A stretch of DNA of 64,000 nucleotides, taken from positions 16,430,001 through 16,494,000 of the forward strand of contig NC_092674.1 of assembly GCF_964355755.1 (NCBI RefSeq). The letters run 5' to 3'. Under the pieces are notes generated by a model, which was not told where the DNA came from, did no database searches, and saw only the letters and a list, made by a program, of their open reading frames with translations. The position numbers were made by a program, and so were the translations under genes. This stretch comes from Antedon mediterranea. Taxonomy: Eukaryota > Animalia > Echinodermata. The first letter of the stretch is position 1, and every line of letters starts with the position of its first letter. Below, in pieces: positions 26,501 through 36,689 of the stretch.

Positions 26501-29500
26501 TACAATATTTTAAAACACGATTTGAGATGCCATCTGGTCCTGTACTTTTATTGACCTTAACTTTCGAAAACACATTCCTGACAGACTCCTCAGAGATCAG
26601 AGATTGGTTAACACAATTTAGAGGCGGCATCTGTGTATTCAGTAAATTATTGGTATCAGCTTCATCATCGAAACGGCAGAAGAAGTTGTTTAATTTATTT
26701 GCAAGATTTGGATCGTTGTTTGATGTGTTAGTGTTTGTACTTTTATACCCTGTAAGAATCTGAAGACCTTTCCATGCTGCTTTAGGGTTATTTTCCTTAC
26801 ATTTGTTATCTATTTTACACTTATACTTAAATTTATTCTTACTTATACTACAGTTTATTTCTTTTTGTAATTCTTTAACCTTTAGTTCATTTCCAACACC
26901 ATGCGCTTTGCGTTTTTCTTGGAGCATACTTTTAAGTTCGCCAGTAATCCAAGGTTTGTCATTTGGATACTGAATTTTTGTCACTGTTGGTACAATGCTG
27001 TCCACACAAAAAGAAATATAATCAGAGGTGACCCGTGTTTCCATGTCAAGATCATTTGATTTAAAAGTGTCCCAATCTGTAGAATCAAAACAATCTTGCA
27101 GTGTCTCTATGACATCCCTTATCCATCGCTTATGTTGTTGTATAACCGGCTTGGATTGCTTGATTCGTTGACGGTATGTGGGAATCAGGTGTATCGTGTT
27201 GTGATCTGACACGCCAAGTTTTGAGCAAACTTTGCTGGCGTAGCTGTTTTTTATGTTACAATAACATAAATCCAGTGTTACGTCTTCCCTGGTTTTAACA
27301 TCGATAACTTGGTCATAATTTGGTAGCACAGGTTTGAGCAGGCATTTGTTAAAATCACTCAGTATAATCTGGGGGTCCCCTGGTGCAGATGTTTTAAATT
27401 TGTTGACAATTGCAGATATTGTTTCATGATCGGCTTTTGGCTGGATGTACACAACAGTAAAGAAAACCTGACCAAACTCACGTGGCAAGTAAAAAGGTGT
27501 AGTACTAACAGTAATAAGTTCAATATCTGGTGTACACACCTGTTCGCGTATCATCCAATTACTGCACCAATTTTTGTTCAGATAAATGGCTACTCCTCCA
27601 CCTCTCGACTTTCCTGATTCCATTGTCCTGTCTCCTGACTAAATCAAACTGCTCAAGTTCCATCTGTCCATCTAAAATATCGTCCTTCAACCACGTTTCT
27701 GTAATGCATATTGCAGATGCTTCCCTGAATTCATTCATGAATTTAGTACATGCGCGAAGTTCATCAATCTTATTATTTATCGAACGAGCATTTGCTAAAA
27801 TAATAGACGGTAACGGGGGCTTCACTTTCCTCCTTCTGAGACGTTTCTTTAGGCCGCCACTTTTGCCTCTCTTCCTACGCTTGACCTCTTTCGGGTACGT
27901 AGCGAAGTCATCTGGCTTTGTTATCGAGTGCGACGCTGATCGCAGCCTGTACAGTTCAGCCAGTGGATAGACGTGCGGGAATTGTACCGCAGGAGGCCTA
28001 GCATTCGAGGGGCTTGTTTCTGCTCGTAGAAGCCCATTTACAAGTATCAGAATAATCACATACCGTTTAAAACAAGAACAACAATTTTAGGAACGAATTG
28101 CCAATCTTCTGGTCGCCTCTGTGAAGCGCCCTTCAATCTTTATAAATAATGTTATGTATCTTATAGATTTCCTCATCTTTAACAATTAAAATTAACTGGG
28201 GGTTGGGAGTTATGTATACTGTTAGTGTTACACATGCCAAATGGTAGTTTGCTATCATTGTGTAAAAGAAAACCCAAATATACATACTACACATACCACC
28301 ACTACATATATTGAGGAATATTTAATAATCCTCATACAGAACATCTTTCTCTTAATTTAATTCCTATCAATGAGAAAAGATGTGTGTACTTATTTCTTGT
28401 TTAAACCTAAACCTAAACTTCTGTTCGTGTGAATTATGTTTTTCCAGCCTTTTCTAATAATTTTACCAACTTTTAAACAACTTTGACTTAAAATCACTTA
28501 TACGAGCACAATTCGCGCACATTTTTTATGAAAAGTTCAAAATATTTTCAAAATTATGCCTTTTTTTATAAACAGTCATAGTTTTAAACTAAACCGTGAA
28601 GTTTATTTTTATTACATATTCTGGAAGTTGATAAGTTGTAGATATCGAATCATGCATCAATATGGGTAACCGAACATTGTGACGTCATCGTATGGCTACC
28701 CGAATATAAAATATAGGATTTTTGTCTCTTTCTTCATAGCTCATCACATTTAATAGAGCGGATCTCTACTTATGCGTACCTCAATTTACTCAAGATTTTT
28801 ATATTGTCTAGTTCAATCAATTATCTTTCGGATGAGTTACCATTTTTTCAATTTTTATGACGTCATCATGTTCAACCACTTTTTCTTGGTGTTTATATAA
28901 ATGAAAATTTAAAGTGGAACAGTCACCAAAATTATGTATAAAAAAAATAGCAAGAGTGATTGGTATCTATATATAAATTATGGTTAATTCTGACATAGGC
29001 GAGCACAATGCAAAAACTTCGGTACAAATCTCCGCCTTGGATACCTACCTTATCTATCCGAGATGTACCGCGAAACGTAGATTTGATAACATTAGTGTGC
29101 ACGCCGACGCTATTGTTCCATATTTATATCTTAGGAAGATATTATAAAGAGTTTTTTAACAACATTTATGATTTCAACATTGGATTTTCCTCTCAATTTC
29201 AATTCTTCCCGGTCAAAGTAATTTCCGGGTTTAAGATAAGTTCACCTTAGTTTCAAATATTTTCTCTCTTTTATACACAAGGGAGCAGTTAAAATAATAG
29301 ATTTGACCCTAAAGGTGACTGGAAACAGGCACTTTCCATCAATCAATACAGTGTCCCTTTGGAAGACGAACAAAAAAATGGCCATTAATCATAGCCATTT
29401 CAGTTTTTTGTTTATTTTAAAACATACCACACGTGTGTGAAGGTACAGTAGTTAAATAATAGGAATTATCTATATATAAATTTACGTAAGGGCAAAATTC

Positions 29501-32500
29501 GGTAAATCTCGGTTTATTTCTACAATTTTTACTCGATGGTATATAAAGTTGGTTCATACTTTCGGTACTGATTTTAACCATCTGATGTAACCCTGTTTAC
29601 TAATTAAATTGAGTTAGGTAATTATTTATTGACGATTAAAACGAATTTAGGTTCAACGATTTGCCCCAAATAGGGGTGTTTTCCGATCGTGGTATACACT
29701 GTCTAATGGATGTCCATCTTGAAAAATACCCGCCACAAAAATACGAGGAGGCTTCGCATTTTCCTATCTCCTCCTACGATAATTGTTTTTAATAGCTGAA
29801 AACTGGTTGAACAGCTAGAGTACAGCATCATAATGTTGAAGACAGGCCGATTTTCTTAAAAAAATACTATTTTGATAGATTTAATATACGATTATACAAA
29901 TGTATTGATTTGCGATGAATGGAACATTCCAATCTCTGTTTCACAAGTGTCTATTCCCTCAGGCGTCGTAAAGGCAAGTACAGTACTGTATACTCGAAAT
30001 TCGATCCATTTTTGTTTTCAATCTGTGCTGCAGAGGTTGAATATAATTTTTTTTTAAACGGATAATGAGCTAGCGTTTTCACTCGCCGTATATTATGTAC
30101 AAATCTTTATTATTGCAGTTAAACCACCCACATCATCACCTTTCCCTCACTGGCATGAGTAGCGTTGTAAAACCAGTAGAGAATAGGCCTACGGTACATC
30201 ACATGCCCTAAACGCAGAACAACTTTGGTGGGTAGGGTAGAAACCAACTTAAGTATGAATTGGCTCTAAGAAACAATTGAAAACCATTAGGCCTACTAAT
30301 TAAGTTGAGTTAGATAATTTAATATTTATTGACGATTAAATCGAAGTTATGATTTTCCCCGAATAGAGGTGGTTTTCACAAATTGTTTTACATTATATTA
30401 TAAACATATACACGTCGTAGTGATGTATCGTTACATGTGCTGTAGCCTACTATTTCAATCGACTAGGACGGTGATAGTTTCAACAAAGTATTACATCGCA
30501 ATGTTTTACTGTGCTTCGCATTTTCCTATCTCCTCCTACGATAATTGTTTTTAATAGCTGAAAACCGGTTGAACAGCTAGAGTACAGCATCATAATGTTG
30601 AAGACAGGCCGATTTTCTTTAAAAAATACTATTTTGATAGATTTAATATACGATTATACAAATGTATTGATTTGCGATGAATGGAACATCCCAATCTCTC
30701 AGTCTGCCAGAGTTTGGTTTAACACAAGTAGGTAAATTTATGAGCCCTTGGTTTAACACATACGGTAGGTAAATATGTGGGTCCTTTGAGAATAAACTTG
30801 CAATACTTTGACAATACTATAAATTACCTATTAACTATTTTTGGTCCACATTTGAATCGAGCATTTCTTACTGTGAATGTTCGTACTGTTAGATGTAATA
30901 TAAAATATATACAAATAAACTTTCTTACTGAGATTGTGGATAGGCTCTACTGTTAGATATACAAATAAACTTTATACTGGCAGTTCATTCTCAACGTTTG
31001 TATTAATTAATAATTACCAAAAATATAAACGTCGTAGTGGTGTATCGTGACATGTACTTTAATATTTCAATCGATTATGACAGTGACAGTTTTAACAAAG
31101 TATTAAATCGCAAATGTTTTACTGTATTTAGAGGTATATTATTTATAGGCCTATAAAACATGAAAAAAAATATTTCGTTACTGAGTGGATAAAGAATATA
31201 TTTAAAAATTGTTCCTCTTTGTACCTATCCGCTTTCCCATCCCTCAACCCTAATGTTACATAAAAACACAAATTGGGTTTCTTTAAATGAGTCCAAATCA
31301 AAAATTTGGACTCATTTTGTGATTAAGTTTCTCCTTCGGAAGGTGCTAATTTTAGTTGACTACATAAATCATCGTGTCTTTTTATTCGTTTCTGTAAACG
31401 ACAATAGTCCTGCGGTACGTACATTTGAAATCGCCAGTTTTGTTACCCTGAGATTACTGTGTATTCGAGAACCATCTGTGGGCACGACCTAGATGGTACG
31501 CTCGCTTCGCTCGCGTACCATCTAGTACTGCAAATTAATAAAGATCAAATTAAATATACGCCATAAAGAATCAGAATATATTGTGGGGAATAGTATTATA
31601 AAATTACATAGGGAGATTTGATAAGACATTTTTCGAGTGAAATCCCGATAGCTGAGTTTTATTGAGTAAGTTTGCAGGAATAACTGTAGGCTATCTTCCT
31701 GTGTCCCGTTAGGACCGAGATGTCTGCCCATGTTGCAAGCCGTAATGTCTTAATTCTTTCTTGGGCCCACTCTGTCACGGCAGTTAGTTTCAAAAGATGA
31801 TTAAATTAAATAATGTATTAATAATTATTAGGATGGTATTCATTTGAATAAACGCCTCTCCAATAAAACATCACTTTGAATAATAACCCCCCTCCACCCC
31901 CCCCCCCCCCCCCCCCCACAACCCAACTATCTAATAAACGTCCATCCACATATTTATAATAACAGAATTATACTATTTGTAGTAGAATTCACCGCACTGT
32001 TATCTGCAATTTACCAAGCATTTGTTATTCTTTTTTACCACTTTTCATATCTATGAGAGGATTTCATTTGATTATAAATGTTACCATATTATTAGAACTA
32101 AAAAATTTAACATATATCCCTCGAATAAGCACCTCCCTCAAATGACCTCCGCCTCCCCAAAGGGCCCTACCAAACAATAAAAACTATACTTTAAAATGTT
32201 ATTAATCATCTAAAACACTGTGAAACAAAGTAGTTCAGTTTTACAAATGTCAAGCATTTTCAATAATGGTAACCGACAGAAAATGTATAAGGAGAACATT
32301 ATCATTCCGAGAACCATCGTCTACACTTCCTAGAGGGGGAGCGAGCGAAGCGAGCTCCCCCTCTAGTCATAAGTAAATTAAGACACATATTCCCATTAAA
32401 AATCCTTCTCATGTTATACAATTCAACCACATCTTTTGTATTGTAATTTTATTTGGGCAGCAGATTATAAACAATTTAGACAAATTAAATAAATTAATTA

Positions 32501-34763
32501 AACGTGCCTCCCGAATTATTAATTTTTCTCATTATTGCACACCTTCGGAACCGATCTTTAAGCACCTCAATATTCTCAATATATACGATTTATATAAATT
32601 ACAAACTGTATCTTTTATTTTCAAATTCCAAAATAACAATTTAACAGTGACCATGTCAAAATTATTTAATAAACTGACACAATACCACATAAATTACGTA
32701 GCCTTGCTAAACTGTATCAATTACAAATACCCTTGTTACTCGGGTCGGGGTACCCGAGTCTAGGACTCTCTTATCTTCTCCTATACTAGGGTAATAGGTG
32801 AACAAAGCTATAGAGAGAAAATTTTCAAACTTCAACTGGATGCAGTCATAAACATGGTACCAATCGAAGAAAGTGCAATTTATAAAGTACTACTCCTCAC
32901 CTAATATTCGTTGTATTGAGCTGGGATTTAGAATGGGTATACTTCAGGGACATGTCCTCAAAGCTATAGAGTCGGATTTTTTAATTTCAAACCGGATGCA
33001 GCCATATGACGTCTCGAAGATGGTACCTTGGTGCCAAACGATTTTCATCGTAATATAACCATATTTGGTGTCATTTCAAAGGTCTTGACTTGGAGAATAA
33101 GAATATATACAGTAAAACCTATTTATGATATTGTGACATCACTTCTGCTCCCGGAAATAGCAAAAAATCACTTTGAGATCTCATAATTTACCGTAATTAT
33201 GCCTTTTCCGGTTATGTGACGTAACTTTTCGGGAATGTATCCATATTTGGTAGCGAGATTATCAATGTGTATGTGACGTTCCCGTCTTATGATGTCATTA
33301 CAACTTCTTTTGCTGTACCCCGAGTATCACACGTTCGTGCTTGTTTAAATTAAACATTTCAGAATTCTTCATTACTGTCGCTGGACCACAATTATGGAAT
33401 GGACAAGGGTCTTATACTTGAGAAGAAAAATTTATTCTTCTAGTATAGATCCTCAATATGAAATTGAAATAAAAATAACTGTTGATGGAAATGATTAAAA
33501 CATTTTCTAGAAGTTGTTGAATTGTAGATACAAATTCATGTACAGATGTTGCGCATCAGATGTGACATCATCATATGGCCAGTTAAATGATAAAAGTTGT
33601 ATTTTCATTTTTTGTATCATTGTTCATCACATTTAAACGAGCGCGCATCCATTATTCTACAAATTATCCCTTGTCAAATTAAAAGAATATAATTACTAAG
33701 TAAAACAGATAAAGTAATTGAGATACTTAAAAAAAAAAAGAAAAAAAAGCAGTACGACATCAGATTAATCATTATAATTATAATAAAGAAATTAAGTGTT
33801 TTTTAGCGTCTTACGGTTGTCATTAAGTCCATTCCATAATCGTGGTCCAGCGACAGTAATGAAGAATTATTTTCACCTATTCTGCACTGTACTGTGTGTA
33901 TACTGTATACATACTTGGACACAAAATAGAGGGAACACTAACATTTTATTTTCTTCAGGTCACAATGGCATAATCGTTTTTCTGTGCGCAATATTCTAAC
34001 GTATGATATGCAAGTGGCATTTGCACGATGGATAACCTAACTCGTTAATAGTAACGAGTTCAAATCTATAGTTACTTATCCACACTTGGCGGATAACTCC
34101 TTGTAACTTTCCTGTTTCATCATCCTTTTTTTTTTTTTGGTTATCCGCAACTTTTGTTGCTAGGGTTTTTAAGACGTTTACAAATACGCAACGTGACTTG
34201 CGTGCCATTTTATGAATTTCGCGTATTTAACATAGGTAAAAAACGAAATAGCATTTTAAATTGAAACTTAGCAAAAGTGTAATTTATATAATGCCCTAAC
34301 TTTTGGATGGAAAAAAATGGCAAGTTTTACAGAAAGTTATGCGTGAAAATTTTTTTTGTTTTTACGCGTTTTTTATGAAAAAGTTCAAACATTCGTCAAA
34401 AATAAGCCTTTTTTTTCATAGTTACTACACTAAACAGTGAAGTTTATTTTTATTACATATTCTGGGAGGATAAGGCGGCATGGAAAGGAACCACATAATG
34501 CCGAGGCTTAATAAAATTACCTAACAGCTCATTCCTCTACGTTCAGAACTTTCAGAAAAAATTATTTTTATAAATTACAACATTTCTTCTATATTTATTT
34601 ACAGGATATGGTACAGAAATTCTTGGTGATGTTGACAGAACACAATGATGAAAGTCTGAAGCTTCTTGCAGTTCGACTTGACTTTAATGAAATCTACAAA
34701 GCAAAAGAACCAAAATTACGAAGCCCCATGATATATCATAAACAGAGAAAAAGGGTATATTAA
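2454..34763 (+). CDS. TUBGCP3: Gamma-tubulin complex component 3 (3' portion, 11 exons; 5' exons upstream of window)
   Basis: Exons 2454-2564, 3000-3111, 11404-11531, 13854-13918, 14105-14240, 17040-17244, 17460-17548, 19650-19781, 20334-20474, 24917-25036, 34605-34763. All introns are GT-AG and phases are compatible. Translation [29 protein letters not shown]...[17 protein letters not shown]...[21 protein letters not shown]...[25 protein letters not shown]...[12 protein letters not shown] matches GCP3. Confidence 0.96.
3000..3111 (+). CDS. TUBGCP3: TUBGCP3 exon
   Basis: ttag|ATT...AGAT|gtaagt; [17 protein letters not shown]. Confidence 0.95.
4300..4700 (-). mobile_element. Penelope-like element 3' fragment nested in the Gypsy
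   Basis: Minus strand encodes [16 protein letters not shown] (GIY-YIG C-terminal PxLN motif), followed by a hammerhead-like motif; boundaries approximate. Confidence 0.65.
4478..4518 (-). ncRNA. Minimal type I hammerhead ribozyme motif (degenerate stem I)
   Basis: ctgtt-CTGATGA-t-GAG aatagttc CTC-GAAA-CATG-TC-acat; palindromic ACATGT replaces stem III. Confidence 0.6.
5029..7097. mobile_element. Non-autonomous CAC...GTG DNA transposon (Chapaev/CMC-like) inserted in the Gypsy integrase
   Basis: 4-bp TSD GATT at 5025-5028 and 7098-7101. Ends CACACTC and (reverse complement) CACATTA. Removing it rejoins the integrase segments YGRNP and [10 protein letters not shown], apart from a 1-nt frameshift. 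Confidence 0.8.
9168..9571 (+). mobile_element. 5'-truncated L2-clade LINE 3' end nested in Gypsy gag
   Basis: [14 protein letters not shown]...[15 protein letters not shown]...FKTNLKT; stem-loop 3' UTR ending GCGCTATATAAG and (TTA)n. Confidence 0.85.
10296..10313 (-). promoter_or_regulatory. Primer-binding site, tRNA-Pro-like
   Basis: Minus strand TGGGAACTCGTCCGAGAG next to the LTR, versus canonical tRNA-Pro PBS TGGGGGCTCGTCCGGGAT. Confidence 0.7.
10317..10952 (-). repeat. 5' LTR of the Gmr1-like element
   Basis: TGTCAC...GTGACA inverted termini; followed on the minus strand by the PBS. Confidence 0.85.
11404..11531 (+). CDS. TUBGCP3: TUBGCP3 exon
   Basis: gcag|CTGAA...AAG|gtaata; [23 protein letters not shown]. 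Confidence 0.94.
13854..13918 (+). CDS. TUBGCP3: TUBGCP3 exon
   Basis: ttag|GCT...GA|gtaagt; [21 protein letters not shown]. Confidence 0.95.
14105..14240 (+). CDS. TUBGCP3: TUBGCP3 exon
   Basis: taag|G...GAG|gtatgt; [36 protein letters not shown]. Confidence 0.95.
16040..16122. mobile_element. piggyBac-like terminus with duplicated subterminal palindrome
   Basis: AAACACGAAGATCTT(T/C)GTGTTTGGCAGTCAA occurs twice, ending ...AAGTG|TTAA; the other end was not identified. Confidence 0.45.
16225..16515 (-). mobile_element. tRNA-derived Deu/Nin-domain SINE
   Basis: A box TGGCCGAGCGG, B box GGTTCGAGGC; body GATAAGGACTATAAACCGTAGGTCC...GAGTAGGGGGTTACCCCGGTGT; (CAAT)n tail. Confidence 0.8.
16569..16950 (+). 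mobile_element. tRNA-derived Deu/Nin-domain SINE with L2-like tail
   Basis: Same head and body as 16225-16515 in inverted orientation; different tail ending GCGCTATATAAATG...TATTAT. Confidence 0.8.
17040..17244 (+). CDS. TUBGCP3: TUBGCP3 exon
   Basis: acag|GTA...CCAG|gtatgt; [25 protein letters not shown]. Confidence 0.96.
17460..17548 (+). CDS. TUBGCP3: TUBGCP3 exon
   Basis: ttag|AA...GAG|gtaatt; [29 protein letters not shown]. Confidence 0.95.
18585..19629 (-). mobile_element. Non-autonomous Helitron with canonical ends
   Basis: Minus strand A|TCTATATTATA start; 3' hairpin ACCCGCC-CTG-GGGCGGGT, 7 nt, then CTAG|T; (GTTT)n near the 5' end. Confidence 0.8.
19650..19781 (+). CDS. TUBGCP3: TUBGCP3 exon
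   Basis: ttag|GTG...ACT|gtaaga; [30 protein letters not shown]. Confidence 0.95.
20334..20474 (+). CDS. TUBGCP3: TUBGCP3 exon
   Basis: atag|CGT...GAG|gtattg; [21 protein letters not shown]. Confidence 0.94.
21529..22229 (+). mobile_element. Helitron-like family A, internally deleted copy lacking the terminal hairpin
   Basis: Starts A|TCTATATATAAATTTACGTAAGGGC as at 29469; homology stops at GGGCACGACC. Confidence 0.75.
24917..25036 (+). CDS. TUBGCP3: TUBGCP3 exon
   Basis: ttag|GGA...CAG|gtaaga; [17 protein letters not shown]...[12 protein letters not shown]. Confidence 0.93.
25060..28138 (-). mobile_element. Near-full-length degenerate Rex-Babar-type LINE (APE + RT)
   Basis: [79 protein letters not shown]; (TTCAGTA)n tail. 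RT is interrupted at ~25995-26110 by a foreign L2-like tail plus a deletion. Confidence 0.88.
29469..31525 (+). mobile_element. Non-autonomous Helitron-like family A, full copy
   Basis: A|TC start, terminal hairpin ending CTAG|T, no TSD; internal duplication of ~29755-29937 at ~30514-30699. Confidence 0.85.
32330..32366 (+). repeat. Helitron-like terminal hairpin of a related subfamily
   Basis: CTAGAGGGGGAGC-GAGCGAAGCGA-GCTCCCCCTCTAG|T, preceded by CGAGAACCATC as in family A. Confidence 0.7.
32730..33346 (+). mobile_element. Helentron/HINE-like non-autonomous element
   Basis: Subterminal inverted motifs ACTCGGG/CCCGAGT at both ends; small 3' hairpin CACGTTCGTG followed by a T-rich site. Confidence 0.45.
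34605..34763 (+). CDS. TUBGCP3: TUBGCP3 last coding exon
   Basis: acag|GAT...TAT TAA; [36 protein letters not shown]. Confidence 0.94.
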   Translation, partial: DMVQKFLVMLTEHNDESLKLLAVRLDFNEIYKAKEPKLRSPMIYHKQRKRVY

Positions 34764-34824
34764 AAAATGGAATGAAAACTGTCCCCAGTGATATATTTGT
34801 TGGTTAGATATTTATTAAACATGA

Positions 34825-34830
34825 AATAAA
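34825..34830 (+). terminator. Candidate polyadenylation signal of TUBGCP3
   Basis: AATAAA about 60 nt after the stop codon. Confidence 0.4.
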
Positions 34831-35429
34831 TGTAATTACAAGTTTTCATAATCTACCTGCATGATTCAATTTACTAACTGTAATCATCCTTCTGTTGTTT
34901 CTTTAAACCATACTGTCAATACTCTATTCTCCAGAATATCATGCACCCTGGAAATATTTTTTTAAATTAGTACCACTATAAAAGTGAGTCCCGTGTACCA
35001 CTATAGTTGAACAAAATTGTGTAGAAAATGATTTTCTATGTTAGCACAAGTGTAGAATTTCCCATATATACTTTTTATGCAAATTAGTTTTTTTGCTTAT
35101 TTCCACCAATAACAATGATAAATTTACCAATTTGGTGATTAAACTGTTTTCATCATTAAAACCATTCATGTAATACAAATTTGTGTTAATAATTTTATGC
35201 AGACAAAAAAAATCAGATTGCCTTCTTTCAACCCATACCAAATATAGCATTTACGATAGGCTAATCTAGAAACTTTTAAGGCAAAAAGTATGACTTTCCG
35301 TTAAAGTAACCTCGCCTTTGAAAATAATGTGGTCGCTGCGCTATGTTATTTGGTTACGCTATGCTAATTTTTCTCATTGATCAAAAATGTCTTCCGTATT
35401 GTGAAAAACCTGGCCTGCCTAGGCCTCAT

Positions 35430-36478
35430 TATAATAATATAAAATCTTTATTTTAAAACAGAGGCTCATTCATTACTAAATGTGTTCTTCCACGAGGTCG
35501 TATGAAAAATATCACAATTATCAAACTGATGAACAAACAAGAAAATTATACATTGAAAAAGAAAAAAGTATAAAAAAATTATATTAATAGAATAATAGAT
35601 TTTCCAGTTAGTAGATAAAATTAAAACAGAAAAGCTAAACAATTATAAACTCACTACAACAATACAGGCTTAAATTAAGAATAAATTAATCTTTTGAAAT
35701 TGTTTAGGGAAAGAGCATTTTTTGTGTTTATATTTTATAATTTATGTTCCAAATTTTGACTCCACAGTAAGAAAAACTTTTTATATTCTGTGTTTGGCTT
35801 TACTAGACATAGGTCATTTTTAGATCTTTAGTATCATATGAGGATTTTCTTTGAGTAAATTTATTTGATAGATAAGTCGGAGTTAAGGCATTTGTTATTT
35901 TATACATTAAGACTTTTTTGTTTTGTAGGTAAGATTATTCCAAGTTCTTTAAGTTCTTCAAGTGCCTCTGTTGCTGAATCATACTTTCTTTTTTTAGTGA
36001 TTATTTTGGCTGCTCTATTTTGAAGCACTTGAAGTTTATGATTTAGATGTTTATTGCATCTGCCCCATACAATTTTACAGTAGTCAAATGGAGGGCTATA
36101 ATTGTTTTATATAGCATTGTCTGCAGATACTTTGGCAACAAACAACTAGCTTTTTTAAGATAGAACAAACTTGGCAGAACTTTGTTTTTATTAAGTTCAA
36201 CATGTTTGTTCCACGATAGAGATTCATCAATTTGAACACCTATGTGTTTTCAGTGTGAATCCCTCTGAAGGGGGATTCCATTTATATTAATATTTAAGTT
36301 TGCATTTGATAGCTTTGATAATTTTATATGCGAATCAATAAACATGAACTCTGTCTTATTTACATTTAAGCTTAGTTTGTTGTTGCATAGCCAGTTATTT
36401 ATATTAGTGTATCTTTTGGGTCGTTAGATATGTAATACAAAGCAGTGTCATCGTCATACATACTCAGTTTAACATTTT
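35430..36478 (-). mobile_element. Degenerate CR1/L2-group LINE 3' fragment
   Basis: Minus strand SMYDDDTA, WLCNNKLSLNVNKTEFM, FDYCKIVWG, LQVLQNRAAKII. Confidence 0.8.
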
Positions 36479-36689
36479 AACTCAGTATTTGTATTAGGAC
36501 TGAGTAAATATGTACAACTATTTATATTCTTATGGAGGATATATGGGGTGATTATAATGATCTCATCAAATAACTTAAAGATGAAGAAATTGATTTTAAG
36601 ATGAAATTCAAATAACATCATCATCTTAGTATAAAGTTGTTGTAACAATTTCCTTATATGGAGGGACTAACAGTGAAAAGACGTCTCTA

